This document shows positions 1-10,370 of a stretch of 64,000 nucleotides of DNA, one piece after another. The translations under genes and the position numbers were made by a program. The notes beneath the pieces are model-generated. The model was given only the letters and a program-made list of their open reading frames with translations. It did no database searches and had not been told where the DNA came from. The stretch lies in the NCBI GenBank assembly GCA_002269645.1, contig NIVC01000561.1, forward strand, positions 408,845-472,844. The letters are read 5' to 3'. Source of the stretch: Macrostomum lignano (taxonomy: Eukaryota). Position 1 is the first letter of the stretch. Each line of letters begins with the position of its first letter.

Positions 1-433
1 TGTAAGAACGATAAGGGAAACGAGTTTCTAGGTCGAGCTTAATCCACCGAACTCAGAAATTAAGTTAAATTTGACGTCGTCACTGTATAACAAATAAATT
101 GATAAATATAATCAAAGCGCAGAGCAATTAAATTATTTTTTTAATTAAGTGTAAAACAAAAACAAGAAATTCTCTTATCTTGCACAGGCGGTAAACAAAT
201 CTAGATGCTTTAAATTCCCTGTCACCTGTATTAAGAAATTAAAGACGCGGAGTTTGGGGGGAAAGGAGGTGCTAAAAGAAAGTGAAGATCGAGCAAGACA
301 AAAAATAACTGTCTCAGATTAGCACTCCATTCTGTTCTGTGATTACTAAAAGTAATCAGCGCGACAAATAGACGCTCTAATTTACGTTTGTCAGCATCTT
401 CGGTGTCTACCATTTAAACGACCGCGCCGCTAA

Positions 434-1132
434 CAAGGACGACACTTAAGTAGAAGGACGGGAAACCTCGTTTCTTAGAAAATTTTTGAAGGCACTTTTT
501 CCCTAAAAAATACACTGCGGAGATAGGAAATTTTCATTTCTTCAGCACAAAAATTGCTATTACTTTTGATAGGAGGCAGATCCAGTGTTCATGTTTTGAT
601 ATGTTGTGCCTTTTTTATTGCTCTATCGATATTTATAAAGCTTTCCGTTCAGAAAATTAGATTTCTATGCTAATTTTTTATTTTACGTATATTTTCACGC
701 GTCTTGTGCTTGAAATACATTAGACTGCCACGGCTCGGCTCTTTGGTTTCATGAGTCTATTTTGTCATTCTTAACTGACTGTGTAGCAAATATTCGTAAC
801 AGAGATGATAAAATAGATTCATAAAACCAAATATTGGAGCTGTGTCATGCATTATTGTGATTTTCAGGTACAGGAAATATACGTAGAATAAAAAATTAAC
901 ATAGAAAGCTAATTTTCTAAACGAAAAGCCTTATAAATATCGATAGAACAATAAAAAAGCACAACACATCAAAAGATGAACACTGAATCTCCCTCCTATC
1001 AAAAGTAATAGCAATTTTTGTGCTGAAAAAATGAAAATTTCCTATCTCCGCAGTGTATTTTTTCGGAAAAAAGTGCCTTCAAAAATTTTCTAAGAAACGA
1101 GGTTTCCCGTCCTTCTACTTAAGTCGTCCTTG
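434..1132. mobile_element. Non-autonomous foldback/TIR DNA transposon (P-superfamily-like termini)
   Basis: Termini CAAGGACGA (434) and TCGTCCTTG (1132) are perfect inverted repeats. Arms ~434-694 and ~875-1132 are long imperfect inverted repeats. An 8-bp direct repeat GCCGCTAA flanks both sides (426-433, 1133-1140). No transposase ORF. Confidence 0.8.
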
Positions 1133-1559
1133 GCCGCTAAACGACCGCTCAGCTACGATCGCAACCACCCTCCCCCCGGAATTTGAGGACCCTGGCAGCC
1201 GGAGTAAAACAGGAGAAAGAAATTCCGTTGGATTCATCAGCGCGATCTCCGGATTTATTCGGGCGAACGCAACGCCGACCGGTTTCGAAGAAACCCGAAG
1301 AACCCCAATATAAATTTAATTTTTAATTTTCAAATTTATATTTTACAAGCTGTTGAAACCCGCGGATTTTGAACCCGGGGAACTCCATTCCCCGGAATTT
1401 TTTTTGCATGTATTCTAAAATCTGAGGTAAAACTCAAACAAAAACTTGTTCCCTTGTTAATAGTTAGGATAGAGTTAAACATAAAATAGTGTACATTCAT
1501 GTAAAATTAGGATTTGAGGCAAACATTGATATTGTTGGCTGGGGTGCTGCGCAGAATGT

Positions 1560-3420
1560 CAGGCAAACTCTGGCCTCTATGTACCTCTGCCTCTCCCTAT
1601 GTCCTTTGCATCCTTTGAAACTTCCATCTTCTTTTCTGTTTCCTATCTTCTCTCTCGTCTCTTCTCTCTCTCCCCTCTTATCTCTTCTTTCTTCTCTCCT
1701 TTCTCGTCTCTTCTCTCATCTCTTCCCTCTCCCCTCTATTCTTTTCTCTCTCTTCTCCTCTCTTCGCTCTGGTCTCTGGTCTCTCATATCTCCTTTCTCC
1801 TGTTTTATCTTTTCTCATTTCTCTCTGCTCTCTACTCTCTCTTCCCTCTGCTCTCTGCTCTCTCTTCCCTCACCTCTCTTCTCACTCCTTACTCTACCCT
1901 CTCTCAACACTTGCCTTATCTCTACTCTCTCCTTTTTCCTCTCTTCTCTCAACTCTTTCCTCTCCTCTGTCCACTCTCTCCTCTCATCTCTCTGCTCTCT
2001 CCTATCCTATCTCTCTTCTCTCTAATCTCTCCTCTCTTTCCTCTCCTCTCTCGTCCTTTTCACCAATTTCCCCTGTCCTCTCAATTCTCTCCCTTCCCCT
2101 CCTCTCTCCTCACTCACTTCTCATCTCTCCCTTGTCCCCACATCTCATCTCTTATTTCTTATCTCTCCTCTCTTCTCTCTACTCTCCCATCTCTCGTCTG
2201 TTCACTCTGGTTTCTGCTCTCTCATCTCCCCTCTCTCATCTGTCATCTTTACTCTCATATGTTCTCTCACCTCTCTCTTCTTGTACTCCTCTCTTTCCCC
2301 TTTTTTGACTCAGGACTCTCTTTCCTTTCTTCTTTCTTCTCGTCTCTTCTCTTCTCTCTTCTATACTCTCTCCCTCTCTTGTCTTCTCTCTTCTCTCTCC
2401 ACTCTCCTCTCTCCTCTCTTATATCGTCTGTTCACTCTCATCTTTGCTCTCTCATTTCCCTCTCTCTTCTGTCATCTCTACTCTCCTCTCTACTGTGTAC
2501 TCTTCTCTTTCCCCTCTTCTGACTCCTCTCTTTCCTTACTCCTCTCTTCTCTTCCCTCTTCTATACTCTCACCCCTCTATTCTCTTCTCTCGTCTCTCCG
2601 CACTCTGCTCTCTCTTCCTTCATCTCTCATTTCCACTCTACTCTCTCATATTTCCTTTCATCTCACTCATCTCTACAATCTCATATCTTTCCTCTCTCCT
2701 CCTCTTCCCTTTACTCTATCATCTCTCCTTTCTCCTCTCTTCTTTCTCAACTCTCTCTCTCTCATCTCTATCTTCTCTCTTCTCACTCGTCTCCCCCCTC
2801 TTATCTCGTCCCCTCTATCCTTTCTAATCCCCCCTCTCGATACTCTCATCTCCTCTTTGTTCTCTCATCTCACTCTTCTCTACTCTCCTCTCTCATCGAT
2901 CCTCTGTCTCATCTCTCCCCTCTTCTCTCTCCATCTTCTCACCTCTACTATTTCCTCTCCCTTCTCTCTCCCCTCCTCTCGCTTCTTCGTCCCATATTCT
3001 CTGCTCTCTCCTCAACCTCCTCGTACGTCTCTCTTATCTCTTATATCTTATATCTTATCTCATCTTCTCACTCTTCCCTCTCTCATCTCTTATCTCCTCT
3101 TCTCACTCCTCTCTCTCCCCTTTATCCCCCTCTTATCTCCTCTCTAATCTCTCCTCTCGATTCTCTCTCATCTGCCTCTCTGTTCTCTCATCTCTCATCT
3201 CTTCTCACTCTTCTCTACTCTCCTCTCTCATTGATCCTCTGTCTCATCTCTCCCCTCTTCTCTCTCCATCTTCTCACCTCTAATTCCATCTCCCTTCTCT
3301 CTTCCCTCCTCTCGCTTCTTCCTCCCGACTCCCATATTCTCTGCTCTGCCCTCGACCCACCGTCTCTCCTGATATCTTCTATCTATTCTCTTATCCCCTC
3401 CTCCCTTTCTAATAGTCTAT
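1560..3420. repeat. CT-rich low-complexity block
   Basis: ~1.9 kb almost purely pyrimidine on +, with an internal duplicated segment (~2851-2947 vs ~3190-3281). The overlapping S/L-rich ORFs are artefacts. Confidence 0.95.
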
Positions 3421-3989
3421 TCCTTTTTCTTTTCACTCTCATCCGGCCCGCAGCCATAAGCTTGATTCTTTATCTGGCCTTTGAGATAAAAATCTGCCGA
3501 TCCCTGCTTCGAAAGCCAGTTTGTGAGGCGTAGTACTATCATGGTTGTTATAATTTCTCGTGCTCTTTCTGGCCAATTAGCAGTCCTGAGAGGAATTTGT
3601 GTATCTCCATTCTCTAGCTCCACCACCACAGTCTGCAGCAGTCTAACAACCAAGGAAATACGCATTTCTTAGGAGGTTTTTTAAATTTTCAAGTACCTTA
3701 TTTGTATCTTAATGTTAAAATTTTCATGGTGTAAGCAATTTAGTAGGATCGCATTGTAATCAGTTCATTGTAATCATTAATTTTTCGCTATTTTTACAAA
3801 CCATCCCACCATTGTCTTGACTCTTGATTTGCCATCCACTGTTAAACTGCTGCAGACTTGTCTTATACAGAGGACAGTGGTTTGAATCTCTCGCTAAACT
3901 GTCTCTCCTCTCCACGCCTCTCTAATCGCGGTCGCGGGGTACAGAGAAGGCTATTAAAAAGTTATTCCAAAACACTGTACACTCGCTAT

Positions 3990-4645
3990 GTACATTGAGC
4001 CCTATCGCCTGACCCTTCGTCTGAGCTGGGGGAATGAGTGAGTGAGCGGCACAAACAACAGAAAAAGCAGACAAACTTCACATGCTTACAGTTTCTGTCC
4101 TGATTGAGATACAGAGTTGAGACTTTACATGTAGGCAGAGAATGAGTCAATAAATAATTGTGTCAAATTTGAAGTCAATCGCTCCACGTGGAGCAAAACT
4201 ATGGCAGCCGAAAGTTAGGCATTTTAAAACCTATTCACACCCTTTGCCCAGATCGGGAAAGAGAGGCAGGCGGCCGGAGGTTGGGGTGGCTGCCTCGCTG
4301 AAAAAAACAGCCTAACTTTAAAAGTGCACAGCGGCTTTCAGGATTAACTTTGAGATTTGAAATTTTACACGATTGTGTCAAAATAGTTGAAAATTGCCTG
4401 TGTCAAATTTGAAGGGAATCGGTAGAAGTGGAGCGGCGCTATGGAGGATTTAGTGAAAAAATTGCGCATTTTGAGCAGTTTTTTGTACTTTTAGGTAGGA
4501 AGACTTGAGTCTAGGAAATTAAAAGGTAGCCTAAGACATTCTCCGTAGTAAGTTTAGGGTGGGTGTAAAGTTTGGTGTCATTTGGTTGAGCGGTTTGGGA
4601 GTCCATAGCGATCAAAATTGTCCACACACAGACAGACAGAGTTTT
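3990..4645 (+). mobile_element. Possible non-autonomous Helitron/Helentron-type interspersed element
   Basis: Repeated TGTGTCAAATTTGAAG..AATC motif (~4160, ~4399). It ends GCGGTTTGGGAG...CACACAGACAGACAGAGTTTTGATTTTTATATGTAGAGAT, which resembles invertebrate Lep1-like Helitron 3' ends. Boundaries are approximate. Confidence 0.4.
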
Positions 4646-5078
4646 GATTTTTATATGTAGAGATTTCTTCTCAGCCCGCCCCACCCCCAGAAGATGGATA
4701 GTTGCCAGTTTGAATACTAAATAACTAAAATTACATGTCCATTTAGTTTCATCTTTAGGTTGAGCTTTAAACATAGGCCTATTCATCTTTTTATAACTTG
4801 CTTGCTTTGCTTTTTGCTTGAGTTTCTAAGTTGCATTATTTTGTTTTAAAAATTTAATTTTACTAGGCCTATTTTTAGCGCTTATAAATAACATAGTCGC
4901 AACTCGCAAGTCAAGTCTTATGGTTATAAAAACTAAAATTCTAGCAAAAATGATTTGGAATAAGCCTAGGCCCTATTATATTATTATTAACTAGGCCCCT
5001 AAGCCTAAGGCCTTAATGTATTATAATTTTATTTAGAACTCTCTTTGGCATAGTTCTAGTTTACTTCATTATATTCCA

Positions 5079-5556
5079 GGATGGAATTCTTGTATTTCTT
5101 AAGTCAAACGGAATTATGCAATTTTTTTATGGCGCGCAAAATATTTTTATTGGTTGCATTTTTTATTTTGGTACTTAGCACGTTGCAAAATGTTCATCTA
5201 AAAAAGAATAAGACAATAACGAAAAATGCATTCTAATAAAATGTAGTGATTTGAATTTCGTCCAAATATGTATGTTAGAGAATGTTACGAGTTTCTACTT
5301 TTTATAGAGTTTTTAAATTTTTACTTTTGTGCCTTATTTAGTTTTTACTTTTTATTCTTTTTTTCTTCGTGATCTTAGCTAGTAGGATTATCTTTTGCAA
5401 AATCCAATATCTCAAGCGCACTTTTGCATATTAAGAATTAGCAATTTTGTCTAAAATTCTGAGACACATTTTTTCAGGATTTTTTGATGCAAAATTGCAT
5501 TTTTTTGTGCAATTGCATAACGCGTTTTGATTTTTCTGCAAGAATTCCATCCAAGG
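5079..5556. mobile_element. MITE with 14-bp TIR and 10-bp TSD (Mutator-like by TSD length)
   Basis: GGATGGAATTCTTG (5079-5092) and CAAGAATTCCATCC (5539-5552). TTATATTCCA is repeated directly at 5069-5078 and 5557-5566. Four extra bases (AAGG) lie between the right TIR and the TSD. Confidence 0.65.
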
Positions 5557-5964
5557 TTATATTCCAACCCCCCTACCCTTGAATAGAGGGCAAAAAAGTT
5601 TAATGCAGTAAACTAGAACTATACCCTCTCTTTTTAGCCTTTCTGTTAATATAAACCTAGGCCTAGCTAGATATTTAAATACATTGTTATTAGTAAATTA
5701 AATTCTATTTATATATTAATATCAAAACAGTCTAAAAATTTATAAACTTAGGAAGGTACTTTCTTAAACCAAAAATAAATATTTTTTTCTTTAACTAATT
5801 ATACATTTGAAGTCATTATTCATTTTAAAAAAATTATTTTGAAATCTTCCAAATGTAAAATAAATAGTGTTATACCTTAATAGGGGTCCTACTATGGTAT
5901 AGTTATGATTATAAGAGCAGTTATTTAATTAAATATCAGTGTTTTTTAAACTAAATATTCTAAA

Positions 5965-6740
5965 TCATTTTGTAGATCTAATCTACTTGATCTCATTGAA
6001 TCTATAAATCTAATCTATACTTGATCTCATCTCATTCAATCTGCAAATCTAATCTATACCTGATCTTATTGAATCTGCAAATCTAATCTATACCTGATCT
6101 CATTGAATCTGTAGATCTAATCTATACTTGATCTCATTAAATCTGCAGATCTAATTCTAATCTATACCTGATCTCATTGAATCTGCAAAACTAATCTATA
6201 CCTGATCTCACTGAATTAGTAGATCTAATCTTTACTTGATCTCATTGAATCTACAGATCTAATCTATATCTGATCTCATTGAATCTGCAGATCTAATCTA
6301 TACCTGATCTCATTGAATCTGCAGATCTAATCTATACCTGATCTCATTGAATCTGCAGAACTAATCTATACCTGATCTCACTGAATTAGTAGATCTAATC
6401 TTTACTTAATCTCATTGAATCTACAGATCTAATCTATATCTGATCTCATTGAATCTGCAGATCTAATCTTTACTTAATCTCATTGAATCTGCAGATCTAA
6501 TCTATACCTGATCTCATTGAATCTGCAGAACTAATCTATACCTGATCTCACTGAATTAGTAGATCTAATCTTTACTTGATCTCATTGAATCTGCAGATCT
6601 AATCTATACCTGATCTCATTGAATCTGCAGAACTAATCTATACCTGATCTCACTGAATTAGTAGATCTAATCTATACCTGATCTCATTGAATCTGTAAAT
6701 CAAATCTACCTGATCTCATTAAATCTCCAGATCTAATCTA
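5965..6740. repeat. 34-bp minisatellite just upstream of the sulfotransferase ATG
   Basis: Unit ATCTAATCTATACCTGATCTCATTGAATCTGCAG, about 22 copies. Confidence 0.95.
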
Positions 6741-6749
6741 TTTGTTCTT

Positions 6750-9651
6750 ATGCTGCAAGTCTTACGCCATACCCAGCACCGTCTGTTATCAACTGGTCGC
6801 ACAGTTCTGTCCCAGTCCAGACAAACCAATAAATCTGGAGCTGACAGTAAAAGTGCAGCTGCACTAATAGCAGCTAGTGCGGCAGCGGCCACCTTAGGTG
6901 CAGTGGGTTTCACCTGTTGGCGAGGTCATCAGCAATGGAAGTCCAAGCTGGTTCGTGATAAAAAATTCGAGTCTGTACAGTTCGTTAAAGCTGAGGTTGA
7001 TCAATCAAAAGCCAAGTCAGATGCAGAGAGCAGCTATTTTTGTTGGTTACCAACCGATGTTTATCGAGCTCTTGACGGCGTGGCTTCAATGCCAGTTCGT
7101 TCTGGTGACATCTTTGTCGTATCGTTTCCCAAAGCTGGCACCACTTGGCTCCAGGAGCTCGTGTTTATGTTGGCCACCGACTTTGATTCAAAACTGGCTG
7201 AGACTGTCAGCATTGAGGACCGGTTTCCATATTTGGAATATCCTTACCCGGGACTCGCCACTATTAAGCGTTGGCCTATGAACACTTCTAGGCGATTTAT
7301 TAAATCTCATCTGCCCTGGGGCTTGCTGCCTAGATCTGTTGTGGACGACAAGTTGAGCAAGAGTTCAGGTGCTAAAGTGAGTTTAATGGCTTTAAAAAGT
7401 TTATGAAACTTTCTTTGATAGAATAATTGGAAATCCTTGAAAAGAAAGATAGACCTAGGGGGTTACTGGATGTAGGTAGGACTATGACTAGTGTTTGAGA
7501 TCTGCTGCAGGGTTATGGTAAGGCTATGGTTAGGGAAATAAGATGCAGGGTTGAGATAAGGGTTGGTTAAGAAAGGGAGATGCAGGGTTGAGAGGTTGGG
7601 TTAAAGAAGGGAGATGCAGGGTTGAGAGGTTAGTTTAGGAAGGGAGATGCAGGGTTGAGAAGTTGGATTAAAGAAAGGAGATGCAGGGTTGAGAAGTTGG
7701 ATTAAAGAAAGGAGATGCAGGGTTGAGAAGTTGGATTAAAGAAAGGAGATACTGGGTTGAGAGGTTGGGTTAGGAAGAGAGATGCAGGGTTGAGAAGTTG
7801 GGTTAAAGAAAGGAGATGCAGGGTTGAGAAGTTGGATTAAAGAAAGGAGATGCAGGGTTGAGAAGTTGGATTAAAGAAAGGAGATGCAGGGTTGAGAAGT
7901 TGGATTAAAGAAAGGAGATACTGGGTTGAGAGGTTGGGTTAGGAAGAGAGATGCAGGGTTGAGAAGTTGGGTTAAAGAAAGGAGATGCAGGGTTGAGAAG
8001 TTGGGTTAAAGAAAGGAGATGCAGGGTTGAGAGGTTGGGTTAGGAAGAGAGATGCAGGGTTGAGAAGTTGGGTTAAAGAAAGGAGATGCAGGGTTGAGAA
8101 GTTGGGTTAAAGAAAGGAGATGCAGGGTTGAGAAGTTGGATTAAAGAAAGGAGATGCAGGGTTGAGAGGTTGGGTTAGGAAGAGAGATGCAGAGTTGAGA
8201 CGAGAGAAGAGAATCAAAGATAAGGTTGCACACTCAGAGAATACATGACTTAGAGAGCAGCTTCCCATTAGCAGTCAAGCAGCTCGCAAACAAACCCGAT
8301 CCGCAGGTAATCTACCTGGCCCGTTGTCCGAAAGACACGTCAATCTCCTATTATCATTTCCTTCGCATGCTCAGCCCACTGATTGGCTACACGGGAGATT
8401 GGTCAGGGGATTTCGTTGATCGATTCTTGGATAGTAGCGGAGACCGACCGCTGCCCTATGGTCCTTGGCTTGACCACGTGGAGGCGTTCTGGCGTGTCAG
8501 CTGCGACAGGCCTGATCGGGTGATGTTTCTCACGTATGAGGAGTTGATGGCGGATACAGCAGGCTGTGTGATCAGGATTGCTCGGTTTCTGGGAGTCACT
8601 GAGCCCAGTCAGCGGCGGGTGAATGAAGTGAGTGAGCGGGTAGTTTATGTGAATGAGTGATTATTGGGCTTCTTAGTTTCTTAAAATTGTCACAACCTGC
8701 GAGAGGCCTGCGTGAAGGTGAGGAATGACTAAGTGGAGGTGAGAAATCACTGAGTGAAGGTGAGGAATGACTGAGTGAAGGTGAGGAATGACTGAGTGGA
8801 GGTGAGGAATCACTGAGTGAAGGTGAGGAATGACTGAGTGAAGGTGAGGAATGACTGAGTGGAGGTGAGGAATCACTGAGTGGAGGTGAGGAATCACTGA
8901 GTGAAGGTGAGGAATGACTGAGTGGAGGTGAGGAATGACTGAGTGGAGGTGAGGAATGACTGAGTGGAGGTGAGGAATGACTGAGTGGAGGTGAGGAATG
9001 ACTGAATTGAGGTGAGGAATGACTGAGTTGAGGTGAGGAATCACTGAGTAAAGGTGAGGAATGACTGAGTGAAGGTGAGGAATGACTGAGTGAAGGTGAG
9101 GAATGACTGAGTGGAGGTGAGGAATCACTGAGTGAAGGTGAGGAATGACTGAGTGGAGGTGAGGAATGACTGAGTGGAGGTGAGGAATGACTGAGTGGAG
9201 GTGAGGAATGACTGAGTGGAGGTGAGGAATCACTGAGTGGAGGTGAGGAATGACTGAGTGAAGGTGAGGAATGACTGAGTGGAGGTGAGGAATGACTGAG
9301 TGGAGGTGAGGAATGACTGAGTGGAGGTGAGGAATGACTGAGTGAAGGTGAGCAGTGACTCAGAGACTACCCACCCCACACCCTGCGCAGATCGTGGACT
9401 TCTGCAACTTTCATCGGATGCGCCTGAGGCCAACAACCAGCTACTCCTGGTACCGGCGCTACGGCGCTCACGATCCCAGAATGGGATTTTATCGGGCTGG
9501 CCGGGCTGGCGGCTGGCGGAGTCTGATGTCGGCTGATGAGGCGGCCCGGTTCGATGCGGAGCTGCTGGAGCCGCTGCGAGCTGGCTGCGGCCTGCGGCTG
9601 GGGGAGACGGGAGAAAAGAGTCCGGCTGCGGCTGATGAGGGACCTTCTTGA
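6750..9651 (+). CDS. Cytosolic-type (SULT family) sulfotransferase, ~402 aa, 3 exons, N-terminal extension
   Basis: Exons 6750-7376, 8307-8627, 9391-9651, all GT-AG and phase 0. Motifs: 5'PSB SFPKAGTTW, KSHLP catalytic His, 3'PB VIYLARCPKDTSISYYHF, YGPWLDHV, FLTYEEL, C-terminal RAGRAGGW (RKGxxGDW equivalent). Confidence 0.92.
7535..8200. repeat. 34-bp G-rich intronic minisatellite (SULT intron 1)
   Basis: Unit GAGATGCAGGGTTGAGAAGTTGGGTTAAAGAAAG. Confidence 0.95.
8715..9350. repeat. 21-bp intronic minisatellite (SULT intron 2)
   Basis: Unit GACTGAGTGGAGGTGAGGAAT; source of the HSVIPHL ORF artefact. Confidence 0.95.
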
Positions 9652-9699
9652 CCAGTTCCCCACCTGCACCTTCTCTCCTTTATTTTTCTCCAGTCTCCC

Positions 9700-10115
9700 C
9701 AAATCTCTCAATCTTCCCATATCACTTAGTCTCCCTAATCTCCCCATCTCCCTAATCTCCCCATCTCCCTAATCTCCCCATCTCCCTAATCTCCCCATCT
9801 CCCTAATCTCCCCATTTCCCTAATCTCCTCATCTCCCTAAACTCCCCATCTCCCTAATCTCCCCATCTCCCCATCTCCCTAATCTCCCCATCTCCCTAAT
9901 CTCCCCATTTTCCTAATCTCCTCATCTCCCTAAACTCCCCATCTCCCTAAACTCCCCATCTCCTTAATCTCCCCATCTCCCTAAACTCGTCATCTTCCTA
10001 ATCTCCCCATTTTCCTAATCTCCCCATTTTCCTAAACTCCCCATCTCCCTTACTCCCCATCTCCCTAAACTCCCCATCTCCCTAATCTCCCCATCTCACT
10101 AATCTCCCCATCTCT
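9700..10115. repeat. 17-bp CCCTAA-containing minisatellite in the SULT 3' region
   Basis: Unit CCCTAATCTCCCCATCT. Confidence 0.9.
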
Positions 10116-10201
10116 CTAGACCCTAATCCCTAATTTCCCTAATTTATAAAAGTAGTCGGTGTAATTTCCAATTTTTGTATCCGGTGATTGAAAATTGCAA
10201 C

Positions 10202-10271
10202 AAATAAAAGATAACCGTGCTCTGATTTTTAGAAATCCATAACATTTTTATGTTTTTTTATTTCCCAGCAG
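10202..10271 (+). promoter_or_regulatory. Poly(A) signal followed by a U-rich tract and a splice acceptor (intercistronic-like)
   Basis: AATAAA at 10202-10207, T-rich tract ~10244-10263, TTTCCCAG/CAG acceptor at 10268/10271. No upstream donor is evident between the genes. Confidence 0.5.
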
Positions 10272-10370
10272 TAAATTTCATTGCATGCTACTCATCAGTA
10301 GCCAGTAGTGCCTAGACAGCACACTCCAGGCCTCATCCCACGCCGACCCCCTTCAGCATTCCGCGGTGGC

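Noticed and set aside
1489-3533. Long S/L-rich ORFs
   Set aside because: Translations of a CT-rich tract that is open in several frames because it lacks stop-forming purines.
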